A DNA stretch of 64,000 nucleotides from an uncultured Elusimicrobia bacterium (GCA_963702895.1 OY969767.1:2418398-2482397); one strand, 5' to 3'. Shown: positions 30,175 to 39,432, numbered from the stretch's first letter. Numbers and translations are program-made. Notes: generated by a model not told the origin, from the letters alone.

Positions 30175-32067
30175 ATGGATAAGCCTCTTTCACCGCCGCG
30201 TTTTCGAATCATTCTGCCTTTACTCGTTGCCGTGTTGACGTTCGTGGCCTTTTCCCCAGCGCTCAAGAATGGCTTCCTGGCCTGGGATGACCTGGACAAT
30301 TACGTCAAGAATCCCCACTTTAGAGGTTTTGGCCTGGAGCACCTCCGGTGGATGTTCACCACCTACCACATGGGGCCGTACCAGCCTTTGAGTTGGCTCA
30401 CGAGCGCCTTGGATTACAAAATATGGGCGTTGGACCCAAAGGGTTATCACCTCACGAACCTTCTGATTCAGAGTCTCAATGGTGTTGTGTTCTTTTATTT
30501 CGTACGGCGGGTCCTTCTGTTCGCTTGGGATCGACCGGATACACAGAGGAATATTCTAGGGGCATCGTTTCTTGCCGCTTTGTTTTTTTCCATCCATCCT
30601 CTCCGTGTGGAGTCGGTGGTCTGGGCGACGGAACGCCGCGACGTTCTTTCAGGGCTCTTCTTTCTGTTGGCAGGCTGGGCGTATCTGAAGCGCTGGCCAA
30701 CCCTGACCGGAGGGCCGGAAGAAACGCGGTGGTACCCATGGTCCCTGGTGCTCTTTCTTCTCGGTCTCTTATCCAAAGCAACCACGGTTGGGCTCCTCTG
30801 GGTCTTGATAGCGCTGGATGTTTTCCCTCTGCGCCGCCTGGCGACGGATCCCCGCCGGTGGTTCAGGCGGGAGAGCTGGCCGATTTGGCGCGAGAAGATT
30901 CCGTTCTTCGTCCTGGGAGCTGCCGCCGTGATCAACGGCGCCCTGGGCCTCACCCAAGCGATGAGTCCTTACAGTCTTACGGAGCGCCTGTCGTTCTTCT
31001 TCTATGGGACCATCTTCTACCTTCAAAAAACGATTTGGCCTGGCGAGTTGTCGCCTCTGTATGAAGTGCCGTACGTCTTTCAAAGCATGGCAGGCTCGTT
31101 TGCTGCCTGCGCCATTCTTTCGCTTGTGCTGACGGCCATCTTCCTTGGCCTCTATCGCCGTTCTCCGGCCTTCCTCCTCGCCTGGGGATGCTACCTCCTC
31201 ATCTTCGCGCCGGTCTCGGGGCTCGCCCAAAACGGCCCGCAGCTGGTCGCCGCGCGCTACAGCTATTTATCCTGCATTCCGTGGCCTTTTCTCCTGGCGG
31301 GATTTCTCCTCAAGCGCCGTTCCGCGTGGCTGCCGATGGCCGCGCTCTTGGGGGTGCTGGGATGGCAGACATGGGCGCAAACTCACCATTGGCGGGATGA
31401 TCTGTCCCTGTGGGGACATGCCCTGGAGATGGATCCCAAGAACAGCCGGGCCCATAACAATTACGGCGCGGCGCTGATGAAGAAGGGCCGCCTGGAAGAA
31501 GCCGCGGCCCACTATGAACAATCCCTGGAGCTGAACCCGACCCTGGCGGAAGCTTACCGGGACATGGGGCTTGTGCTCATGGAACAAAAGAAGCCGCAAG
31601 AGGCCCTCGCCTATTACAAGAATGCTGAAGCGCTTCGCGCTTCAGTTCCTGAGCTGGCCGTCAACATGGCAGCGGCTTACTACGCGCTTGGCAAGATCGA
31701 TGAAGCGATTACGTACTACCAAAAAGCGCTTGATCTGCACACGCCCCATGAGGCGGAAGTGTTCAGCAACCTGGCCCTGTCTTATATGCTCAAGGGCAAC
31801 ACCGAAATGGCGATCGCCTATTATGAGAAAGCAAGAAACCTCAGGCCCGATCTTCCGCAGGTCCGGCTGAACCTCGCGACGGCCTACGCGAAGCTCGGCC
31901 GACGGGAAGAAGCCATCAAGGAAGCGCAAGCGGCGCTGGATATAAAACCGGACTATGCCAAGGCCCACTATCTGTTGGGGAAGCTTTTGACTGAATCCGG
32001 GAGAGCTGAGGAAGGCGCGGAACATCTTCGTCAAGCCGAACGCTTGGGCCTTCCTACGAAGAAGTAA
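30175..32067 (+). CDS. DUF1736 membrane domain fused to TPR repeats (TMTC-like putative protein O-glycosyltransferase)
   Basis: N-terminal multi-helix membrane domain (FLAWDDLDNYVKNPHFRGF ... ) followed by at least six TPR repeats (AHNNYGAALMKKGRLEEAAAHYEQSLELNP etc.). Confidence 0.75.
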   Translation: MDKPLSPPRFRIILPLLVAVLTFVAFSPALKNGFLAWDDLDNYVKNPHFRGFGLEHLRWMFTTYHMGPYQPLSWLTSALDYKIWALDPKGYHLTNLLIQSLNGVVFFYFVRRVLLFAWDRPDTQRNILGASFLAALFFSIHPLRVESVVWATERRDVLSGLFFLLAGWAYLKRWPTLTGGPEETRWYPWSLVLFLLGLLSKATTVGLLWVLIALDVFPLRRLATDPRRWFRRESWPIWREKIPFFVLGAAAVINGALGLTQAMSPYSLTERLSFFFYGTIFYLQKTIWPGELSPLYEVPYVFQSMAGSFAACAILSLVLTAIFLGLYRRSPAFLLAWGCYLLIFAPVSGLAQNGPQLVAARYSYLSCIPWPFLLAGFLLKRRSAWLPMAALLGVLGWQTWAQTHHWRDDLSLWGHALEMDPKNSRAHNNYGAALMKKGRLEEAAAHYEQSLELNPTLAEAYRDMGLVLMEQKKPQEALAYYKNAEALRASVPELAVNMAAAYYALGKIDEAITYYQKALDLHTPHEAEVFSNLALSYMLKGNTEMAIAYYEKARNLRPDLPQVRLNLATAYAKLGRREEAIKEAQAALDIKPDYAKAHYLLGKLLTESGRAEEGAEHLRQAERLGLPTKK

Positions 32068-32079
32068 ACCCAAATGTTC

Positions 32080-32205
32080 GTCACCCCGGCGGATTGTTAG
32101 CCGGCCCTCCAGACGCCCGGCGGGCCGTCCGCCCTGCCGTGTGGCGGACGGAGTCTATCATCGACGAAAAAGACATGATGGATCCCGGCTTTCGCCGGGA
32201 TGACG
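32080..32205. repeat. Composite palindromic (REP-like) element cluster, three hairpins
   Basis: GTCACCCCGGCGG...; CCGTCCGCC-N9-GGCGGACGG; GATGGATCCCGGC-TTTC-GCCGGGATGACGG. Same flank motifs as the 8872-8953 cluster. Confidence 0.5.
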
Positions 32206-32300
32206 GCATAGTAGAGTTTGCTTATTACGGACGATAACACCGTTTCATTCGACAATTTTCGGGTTAATACGTCTATTAGGTTAGAGAGGCAAAGGAACGA

Positions 32301-33347
32301 TCAAGAGGTTTTCGCGGCGGGCTCGTAAGCGCAATAGGGTTCTTCCGACTGGACGTTCCCCGTCGCGTAATACCCTCGGGCACGACACCCGCCACAGACA
32401 TCCTTAAAGTCGCACACCCCGCAGCGACCTTCCAACAGGTCTGAGTTTCGCAGCGAACGAAAGAGCGTGGCGCTCTCCCAAATCTTCTGGAAGGGCTCTT
32501 GGCGAATGTTGCCAGCCGCCTGGGGCAAGTAGCCGCAAGGGAACACGTCACCCTTGTGCGAGATAAAGCACATGTGAATGCCGGCCAGGCACCCTTTGCG
32601 GTCGCTCGAGATGGGGTTGGCCTGTGGTGCTTCAAGACTTTCATGCTCTATACGGTAGATGTGCGGCGCGCAAATGGCTTTGAGCGGAAGGGACCCTGGC
32701 TTGTCGTGCTCGCAAACCCACTTGAGCCATTCTTCCACTTCGGAGCTGCTCAGCATCTGGGAGTCGGCGATCTGGACCCCGCAACCCACGGGCACAAGGA
32801 GAAAGAGGTAGAGCGCCGCTGCCTTGGACTCTTTGGCGAGCGCATAGACCTGCTCGATCTGGTCCTTGTTTTGACGCGTGACGGTGAAATTGATCTGGAC
32901 CTTCAAGCCAGCCTCACGCAGAAGACTCATGCCCTGGAGTGTTTTTTCAAAAGTGCCGGGGCCTCTAAATTTGTCATGGGTCTCCGCTGTTGCACCATCC
33001 AGGGAAACCGAGGCGTAATAAATCCCGACTTGCCGAATCTTTTCAGCCATGGGCTTGTCGACAAGGGTTCCGTTCGTCGAAAGCGCTATGGGCAGGCCGC
33101 AATTCTTGGCGTAGGCCGCGAGCTCAAATAAGTCCTTACGGTATAAGGGTTCTCCGCCAGAAAAGATGAGCACAGGCCTTCCCATGGACTGCAGGTCCTT
33201 GATGAGTGCCATGCCCTCTTCCGTCGTGAGTTCGTCCTTGGCGGGCTGATCCAAAATATCCAAGCGACGGCAATGGATGCAACGCAAGTTGCAGCCTGCG
33301 GTCGTTTCCCAATACACCCTTCGTAAGTGAGGATTCCAAACGGTCAT
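32301..33347 (-). CDS. Radical SAM enzyme with C-terminal SPASM domain (AhbD/NirJ-like)
   Basis: CNLRCIHC CxxxCxxC radical-SAM cluster motif near the N-terminus and a Cys-rich SPASM-type C-terminus (CGVCDFKDVCGGCRARGY...EPYC). Confidence 0.8.
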   Translation of the reverse strand: MTVWNPHLRRVYWETTAGCNLRCIHCRRLDILDQPAKDELTTEEGMALIKDLQSMGRPVLIFSGGEPLYRKDLFELAAYAKNCGLPIALSTNGTLVDKPMAEKIRQVGIYYASVSLDGATAETHDKFRGPGTFEKTLQGMSLLREAGLKVQINFTVTRQNKDQIEQVYALAKESKAAALYLFLLVPVGCGVQIADSQMLSSSEVEEWLKWVCEHDKPGSLPLKAICAPHIYRIEHESLEAPQANPISSDRKGCLAGIHMCFISHKGDVFPCGYLPQAAGNIRQEPFQKIWESATLFRSLRNSDLLEGRCGVCDFKDVCGGCRARGYYATGNVQSEEPYCAYEPAAKTS

Positions 33348-33401
33348 TCGATTTACGCCTGCATTATACCAAGGCGGCTTCCAAGCCCTTAAGATTTCCG
33401 A

Positions 33402-35069
33402 TCAGAGCGCCCGAAGCGCCTCCAGAACCTGAGAGACGGTGAGAAACTCTGAAAGGAGGATGGGTTCTCCGCCGGGGCGGTACAAGGCGTAAAAAGGGAT
33501 GCCGGCGCGGCCGTACTTCATCAGATAGCGGCCGATGGCAGGATCACGGTTAGTCCAGTCCGCTTTCATGAGGACCACGCGACGTTTCGCAAACTCTGAC
33601 ATGACCCGCGCATCCGCCAGAACAAAGCGCTCGTTGTATTTGCAGGTCACACACCAGTCCGCTGTGACATCAACCAAGACAGGTCTTCCTTCGTTCAAAT
33701 AGCGTGGAATGGCCGGTTCATCAAAGGCACCCCAAGTGGAACTGGCTTGGGCTTGCGCCGGGCGCTCCTTCTGCTGTTGATAGAGGACCCAGCCCAGCCA
33801 GGCCGCTGTGGCAAAAAGCAAGATGGCGAACCCTTTCTTGAGCGTGACCATCCAGGCCCCTGGCTTAGGGAGCCAACGGATGCTCTGGGGAAAGGCGGCA
33901 AGCGCGAGATACGGAAGTGCCATTCCCACCCCGACCGCCGTGAAGGTCATCAAGATGACGGAAGACGGCTGGGAAAGCGCGAAGCCCATAGCCGTTCCCA
34001 GGTAGGGAGCTGAGCAGGGTGTGGCGAGGAGCGTTGCCAAGAGTCCCGAAACAAAATGAGCGGGAAGCGTCTCGTGATAGCCATAGGACGTCGCGAAATG
34101 ACCGAGGAAACGTGGCATTTGAATTTCAAAGACCCCCCACAGGTTCAACGCAAAAAAGAGAACGACCGCCATGAGAAAGGCGACAAAGACGGGGTTCTGG
34201 AACTGGATTCCCCACCCAATCGCGTGTCCCGCCCGGCGGGCGAGGATCGCGACAAGGGCCAGGACCTCAAAGGAAACCAGGATCCCGGCAAAAGACGCCA
34301 GGGAACTTTTCACCACATCAGAGGAAGATTGCCCGGAGTGTTGGAGAAGTCCCGCGAGCTTGATGGAGAGCACGGGCAGCACGCAAGGCATCACATTGAG
34401 AAGCACGCCCCCCAAAAAAGCGAGGAGCAAGATGACGAGGAGCGATCCTTTCCTGTCCGTCCCTGGCTCCATGCCGACCCCTGGAAACTTCTCGAGGGTT
34501 GGCGCCCGCTTCATGATTTCCTCATCCGTCATGCTGCCGGCGGGGACTTTCCTGAGCGCTTCCTGGATCAGACGATCTGCTTCGGCGTCCGGGTGGGCGA
34601 CGGGTCCCGCGGGCAAATCAAGGGTGAAGGTGTAGTCGTAGGCCACGCAAGAGGTATAACAGGTGAGATAGGACAGGTCCACGACGATGCGGACGCTGCC
34701 GCCAGTCAGTTTGGCCTTGATGGGATAGACCGTCTCGCCGTCGTAGCCAAATTCTTCGATGGGGCCTGGGAGGAGGATGCGCGTCGGGGCGGGCCAAAGA
34801 AGCCGGGCGTCGCGAAAGCCTCGGGACTCTTTCCACCGGAGGCGGGGAGGGTAACCGCTTTCTCCCGGCACCTTCCAGTAGAGATACCAGTCCGGGGCCG
34901 GCTTGAAATGCAGCCCCAGGAGGATCTCCCCAGAAGCCGGCACGGTATTCCAAGCGGAGACGAGCCTGACCGCTCCATGAGGATTGGATTGCCACTTTGT
35001 GGAAACAGCCTCGACGGTCCGAATGGCGGAGAGGGAGCACAGAAGAGCGAAGACGTAGCGTTTCGTCAC
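33402..35069 (-). CDS. dsbD: DsbD-family thiol:disulfide interchange protein (CcdA-like membrane core with C-terminal thioredoxin domain)
   Basis: Membrane core with paired Cys (NVMPCVLPVL ... LLATPCSAPYLG) and C-terminal thioredoxin-like domain with WCVTCK CxxC. Confidence 0.75.
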   Translation of the reverse strand: MTKRYVFALLCSLSAIRTVEAVSTKWQSNPHGAVRLVSAWNTVPASGEILLGLHFKPAPDWYLYWKVPGESGYPPRLRWKESRGFRDARLLWPAPTRILLPGPIEEFGYDGETVYPIKAKLTGGSVRIVVDLSYLTCYTSCVAYDYTFTLDLPAGPVAHPDAEADRLIQEALRKVPAGSMTDEEIMKRAPTLEKFPGVGMEPGTDRKGSLLVILLLAFLGGVLLNVMPCVLPVLSIKLAGLLQHSGQSSSDVVKSSLASFAGILVSFEVLALVAILARRAGHAIGWGIQFQNPVFVAFLMAVVLFFALNLWGVFEIQMPRFLGHFATSYGYHETLPAHFVSGLLATLLATPCSAPYLGTAMGFALSQPSSVILMTFTAVGVGMALPYLALAAFPQSIRWLPKPGAWMVTLKKGFAILLFATAAWLGWVLYQQQKERPAQAQASSTWGAFDEPAIPRYLNEGRPVLVDVTADWCVTCKYNERFVLADARVMSEFAKRRVVLMKADWTNRDPAIGRYLMKYGRAGIPFYALYRPGGEPILLSEFLTVSQVLEALRAL

Positions 35070-35413
35070 TGAAACAGGTGGTCTAATTTCTCTGGGGGGC
35101 GGGCGATGACGGCCCGATCCCCCAACACCACGACGGGGCGCTCGATCAGGATTGGGTTTTCATGGAGAACTTTGATCCACTCGGCACGTGAAAGGTCTTT
35201 ATCCGCGAATTTCTCTTGGTAGAGCGGCTCTTTCTTCCTCAGAAGCATCTGAGGCTCAAGCTTGAGTTTCTTCAAGAGCGCGTCGAGTTCAGCAAGAGAA
35301 GGCGGCGTTTTGAGGTACTCAATGGCTGTGATGTCGGCGCCCTTCTTCTTGAGCGCCTTCATCACTTTCTGGCAGGTGCCGCATGTCGGCTTATGGTAGA
35401 GCGTGATTTTCAT
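35066..35413 (-). CDS. ArsC/Spx-family thioredoxin-fold protein
   Basis: MKITLYHKPTCGTCQK N-terminal CxxC motif; about 115 aa from this Met. The longer track ORF (to 35524) adds an implausible N-terminal extension. Stop overlaps the dsbD start. Confidence 0.65.
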   Translation of the reverse strand: MKITLYHKPTCGTCQKVMKALKKKGADITAIEYLKTPPSLAELDALLKKLKLEPQMLLRKKEPLYQEKFADKDLSRAEWIKVLHENPILIERPVVVLGDRAVIARPPEKLDHLFQ

Positions 35414-35631
35414 GGGTCTTATTGTGACAAATTTTATTGTAGGATCAACTCTGTGATTCATCGAATTCTGGCAACGACGGCGGTCTGGAGTATCGCCTCG
35501 GTTGTGACGATGCGGCTGCGCCACCCGATGGTGGGGCTCACGCTGGGAGCGCTGGCTGCTTATCTAACCTTCCTCATCTGGACCCCGCGGCATCCGAAAT
35601 TACCCTACGACTCCAATGGAGGATCAAACTA

Positions 35632-36549
35632 ATGTGGTTTACGCTGGCTGTCATTTTCGTTGTCATCATGATGGCGCTCGGATACAAGACTTGGTTTTCT
35701 CCACGAGAACAACTCTTTCACACGGATGTTTTCATTCGCAGCCTCGCCAAATACTTCGCCATCGGGCTTTCGGTGGCTCTCTTGGCGACCTTCATCACAG
35801 ATTCTGTTGTGATCGTCCCAGCCGGCAATCGAGGGGTGGTCTTTGACCGATTTAAAGGGGTGCGGCCCGTTTCGCTCAATGAAGGCCTCAATATGATCCT
35901 GCCTATTGTTCAAGATGCGACGCTTTTTGAGGTGCGTGTCCAAAAGGTGGAGTTTGACGCAACAGCCGCCTCCAAAGACCTCCAAAGCGTGCGCACCAAA
36001 ATCGCGCTCAACTTCCACCCGATCCCGGAGCAGGTCCCGGAAATCTATCGTGCCTACGGGCTTGGCTACACAGAAAAGATTGTGCATCCCGCTGTTCAGG
36101 AAGCCGTGAAATCCGTCACCGCCCGCTACACCGCCGAGGAACTGATCACGCGGCGCGAAGAGGTCAAGGGCCATATTCACGACCAGCTGGTCAGGCATGT
36201 GGGGGCGGCGAACTTAAAACTCGTGGAAACCTACATTACGGATTTTGAATTCTCATCGGAATTCGCGCACGCGATTGAGGCCAAGCAAGTGGCCGAGCAG
36301 CAGGCCTTCAAGGCCAGGCGCGACTTAGACAGAATTAAGATTGAGGCGGAGCAGCGTATCGCCCAAGCACGCGCTGAGGCGGAGGGTCTCAAGATGCAAC
36401 GGGAAGCGATCACCCCGCAGCTGATTGAACTTCGGAAAATCGACGCCCAGAAACTCGCCATTGAGAAGTGGGATGGCCGCATGCCCCAAGTCATCATGGG
36501 ACAGGGTTCTACCCCCTTCATCGACGTTAATCGTTTTATCCAAAAATAG
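35632..36549 (+). CDS. SPFH/band-7 (prohibitin-like) membrane protein
   Basis: N-terminal transmembrane helix, SPFH core (NRGVVFDRFKGVRPVSLNEGLNMILPIVQDATLFEVRVQKVEF), coiled-coil C-terminus. Confidence 0.8.
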   Translation: MWFTLAVIFVVIMMALGYKTWFSPREQLFHTDVFIRSLAKYFAIGLSVALLATFITDSVVIVPAGNRGVVFDRFKGVRPVSLNEGLNMILPIVQDATLFEVRVQKVEFDATAASKDLQSVRTKIALNFHPIPEQVPEIYRAYGLGYTEKIVHPAVQEAVKSVTARYTAEELITRREEVKGHIHDQLVRHVGAANLKLVETYITDFEFSSEFAHAIEAKQVAEQQAFKARRDLDRIKIEAEQRIAQARAEAEGLKMQREAITPQLIELRKIDAQKLAIEKWDGRMPQVIMGQGSTPFIDVNRFIQK

Positions 36550-36589
36550 CGAAAACTTCGTTCACGAAACGGCCGTGGAAGGCGCTGAG

Positions 36590-37075
36590 CTCCCGGACCT
36601 GGGCGCCGCACGACCGGCGCTCGCCCGACTATAGTGTGTCGGGTGAACCTAGACGAAGTGCAAAACTCCCGGACTAGGATTCGAGCGCCACACTTCGGGC
36701 GCTCGCCCGACTGTTGTGTGTCGGGTGAACCTAGACGAAGTGCAAAACTCCCGGACTAGGATTCGAGCGCCACACTTCGGGCGCTCGCCCGACTGTTGTG
36801 TGTCGGGTGAACCTAGACGAAGTGCAAAACTCCCGGACTAGGATTCGAGCGCCACACTTCGGGCGCTCGCCCGACTGTTGTGTGTCGGGCGAACCTAGAC
36901 GAAGTGCAAAACTCCCGGACTAGGATTCGAGCGCCACACTTCGGGCGCTCGCCCGACTGTTGTGTGTCGGGCGAACCTAGACGAAGTGCAAAACTCCCGG
37001 ACTAGGATTCGAGCGCCACACTTCGGGCGCTCGCCCGACTGTTGTGTGTCGGGCGAACCTAGACGAAGTGCAAAA
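36590..37075 (-). repeat. Tandem array of six head-to-tail ~82-bp units (five 82-bp plus one degenerate 76-bp distal copy), each a tRNA-Gln 3'-end copy with a two-hairpin insert
   Basis: The motif CAAAACTCCCGGACTAGG recurs at a strict 82-bp period (36661, 36743, 36825, 36907, 36989, 37071). Units contain two perfect 7-bp hairpins, GCCCGAC-N8-GTCGGGC and GAGCGCC-N8-GGCGCTC. No unique spacers. Confidence 0.85.
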
Positions 37076-37146
37076 CTCCCGGACTAGGATTCGAACCTAG
37101 ACTAAGGGATTCAGAGTCCCTCGTGCTACCGTTACACAATCCGGGA
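37076..37146 (-). tRNA. tRNA-Gln (anticodon CUG), 71 nt, CCA not encoded
   Basis: Manual cloverleaf: acceptor TCCCGGA/TCCGGGA with U1-A72 and G73 discriminator (both typical of bacterial tRNA-Gln); D-arm GTGT-AACGGTA-GCAC; anticodon arm AGGGA-CTCTGAA-TCCCT (CUG at about 37112-37114 on the minus strand); T-arm CTAGG-TTCGAAT-CCTAG. Confidence 0.8.
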
Positions 37147-37330
37147 GTTTTGCACTCCATATGCCAGAGTCCCTCGTGCTACCTAACCTTTATCCTTCGA
37201 CTCCGCACGCCCTGAGCGCAATCGAAGGACTCGTTCCGCTTAGGATGGTTCGGCTCGTATCACTGATGGTGAGCGAGGTCGCCAAACATCTGGCGACCGA
37301 GTCGAACCAGACCCTCCGAAAGCATGACTC

Positions 37331-37849
37331 TTATGGTTTGATGATTTCCGGTCCTTTGCTCACGCCGGGCGGGATGATTATATCAGGGCCTTTTTTCTCC
37401 GTCGCCTTTTCGGCGGACGCCTCGGACTTGCGGACTTCGTCAGCAAAGTTGAGCTCCAGGTCGGACACCAGGTTGTCGAGCATCTCCTGTTCTTTGACGC
37501 TCAAGTTTCCTTCCGTCTTTTCCTGAAGCATGCGCAAGAACTCAATCGAGATGCGGGCCTGATCGATGTCCTTTTCGATCTTCTGGGTCACCGGATGGGG
37601 CACTTTCCCCAGCTGCGCCCAGGCGGCAGACCCCAAGGACATCACCAGCGTCAAAAACCGGTAATCGTCCACAACGCTATCAGGCGGACGAGCGCCTGTT
37701 GTGTGGCGCTCGGCTTCTCCTGGCATTTCAATTTTTTCTTCTGACACAACCACCCTCCTTGCCGTCACCCCAGCGGATTGTGAGCCGGGGTCCATCGTTA
37801 TTGGCGTAGGCATGATGGATCCCCCACTTACAGCCGTGGGGGATGACAC
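37331..37849 (-). CDS. DUF1844-like protein; N-terminal region overlaps a palindromic repeat, so the true start may be internal
   Basis: C-terminal part (LTLVMSLGSAAWAQLGKVPHPVTQKIEKDIDQARISIEFLRMLQEKTEGNLSVKEQEMLDNLVSDLELNF) matches the small conserved family commonly encoded beside gltX. The N-terminal about 40 codons lie on palindromic-repeat sequence. Confidence 0.55.
   Translation of the reverse strand: MSSPTAVSGGSIMPTPITMDPGSQSAGVTARRVVVSEEKIEMPGEAERHTTGARPPDSVVDDYRFLTLVMSLGSAAWAQLGKVPHPVTQKIEKDIDQARISIEFLRMLQEKTEGNLSVKEQEMLDNLVSDLELNFADEVRKSEASAEKATEKKGPDIIIPPGVSKGPEIIKP
37762..37849. repeat. Palindromic element pair overlapping the 5' end of the DUF1844-like ORF
   Basis: CATGATGGATCCCCCA-CTTACAGCC-GTGGGGGATGACAC plus an adjacent GGACCCCGGCTCACAATCCGCTGGGGTGACGG unit. 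Near-identical to the element inside metH at about 47011-47127. Confidence 0.5.
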
Positions 37850-39334
37850 CTAGATTACTTTTGCCTGCAAAAGTTGTTGGGCCTTCTTAATACGCTCGAG
37901 CGTGCGTTTCTTTCCTAAAAATTCCACCATGTGCCAAAGGCTTGGCCCTTCCGTCCGCCCGGACACGCAAACGCGCAAGGGATGAAACACGGCACCGTTC
38001 TTGACCCCTTTATCTTTGGCCAAGGTCTTGCATAGGTTCTCAATGCCCGGCACGTCAAAGGGCTCAAGCGCCGCCAGGCGCTTGACAAGTTCTTCGATGA
38101 TCCCCGCAGCACCCTCGGCGCGAAGCACTTTGCCCACCGCCTCCTCTCGATACTCGTAATCATCCCAGAGAAGAAAATCCGTGAGCTTCGGAACATCCGA
38201 GAGCAGCTTGACTTTTTCGAGCTCGAGGGCGACCGCTGCCTCATAAGTGGACGCAGGCACAGCGGATATGTCTTTGCCCTTGTAGAAGGGTTCCGCCAGG
38301 GCAGCCAGTTCCCGAGCGGACGTTTTGCGGATGTATTCGCCGTTCATCCACAAAAGCTTCGTGGGATCAAAGGTCGCGGCGCTTTTGCCGCAGCGTTCAA
38401 TCTGAAATTTTTCCACCATCTCTTGCTGCGTGAACAGCTGCTGGCTGTCTTCGGTCCCCCAGCCAAGAAGAGCGAGATAATTCAGCAGCGCGTTCGGGAG
38501 ATACCCCGCGTCCCGGTACTCCGTGACAGAGGTCGCGCCATGCCGCTTGGAGAGCCGGGCGCCATCGGAACCCAGGATCATCGCCAGATGCGCAAATTGT
38601 GGCACCTGCCAGCCCAGCGCCTCGTAAACGAGCATCTGCCGCGGCGTGTTGGAGAGGTGGTCATCGCCGCGGATCACATGGCTGATCTTCATGAGATGGT
38701 CGTCCACCACGCAAGCGAAGTTGTAGGTCGGCACCCCCGTCGACTTGAGGACCACGAAATCTTCCATGAGAGCATTCTCAAAAACTTTGACGCCATGGAT
38801 GAGATCCGTAAAGCGCGTCTCGCCCACATGCGGGGTCTTAAAACGGATGGATTTCTTCCGCCCCTGGGCTTCCTTGGCTTTTCGCTCATCAGCGCTCAGG
38901 TTGCGGCACCTGCCGTCATACTTGGGAGGCCTTTTGGCAAGGAGCGCGAGCTCCCGCATTTTCTCCACTTCTTCTGGAGTGCAGTAACAGGGATAGGCAA
39001 ACCCCTTCTTCAGCAGCTCGTCGCACGCGGCCCAATAGCCTGCCAGGCGTTGCATCTGATAGTAGGGACCATAGTCGCCCTTCACTCCTCTGCCATCGGC
39101 GGTTGGCCCTTCGTCCCAATCGAGGCCCAGCCACTTCATGGACTCGAGGATCCCGTTGACAGACTCATCTGTGGAGCGCACTTCATCGGTATCTTCAATC
39201 CGAAGAATGAACGTCCCCTGATGGTGACGGGCAAAGAGCCAGTTAAACAGGGCTGTACGCGCCCCGCCGATATGGAGGAAACCCGTGGGCGAAGGCGCAA
39301 ACCGGACGCGGATAGACGGTTTATCCATAGACAT
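37850..39334 (-). CDS. gltX: Glutamyl-tRNA synthetase
   Basis: HIGH-region (RFAPSPTGFLHIGGARTALFN) and KMSKS-like RLSKRHG. 494 aa. Confidence 0.9.
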   Translation of the reverse strand: MSMDKPSIRVRFAPSPTGFLHIGGARTALFNWLFARHHQGTFILRIEDTDEVRSTDESVNGILESMKWLGLDWDEGPTADGRGVKGDYGPYYQMQRLAGYWAACDELLKKGFAYPCYCTPEEVEKMRELALLAKRPPKYDGRCRNLSADERKAKEAQGRKKSIRFKTPHVGETRFTDLIHGVKVFENALMEDFVVLKSTGVPTYNFACVVDDHLMKISHVIRGDDHLSNTPRQMLVYEALGWQVPQFAHLAMILGSDGARLSKRHGATSVTEYRDAGYLPNALLNYLALLGWGTEDSQQLFTQQEMVEKFQIERCGKSAATFDPTKLLWMNGEYIRKTSARELAALAEPFYKGKDISAVPASTYEAAVALELEKVKLLSDVPKLTDFLLWDDYEYREEAVGKVLRAEGAAGIIEELVKRLAALEPFDVPGIENLCKTLAKDKGVKNGAVFHPLRVCVSGRTEGPSLWHMVEFLGKKRTLERIKKAQQLLQAKVI

Positions 39335-39432
39335 AGGCGCTATTTTAACACACCCGCTAACTCGCCGGCGAAAGCGCGTTAGCTTGAACCTCTCTGACGC
39401 TTAACATACGATATCGCATCCTGAGGAGCATC

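Noticed and set aside
36590-37075. CRISPR array
   Set aside because: Units are contiguous 82-bp repeats with no unique spacers, the period is far longer than a CRISPR repeat-plus-spacer, and no cas genes are nearby.
36590-37146. Type III toxin-antitoxin RNA repeat array (ToxI-like)
   Set aside because: No toxin ORF follows the array on the transcribed strand (the next gene is convergent), and the units are clearly derived from the adjacent tRNA 3' end.
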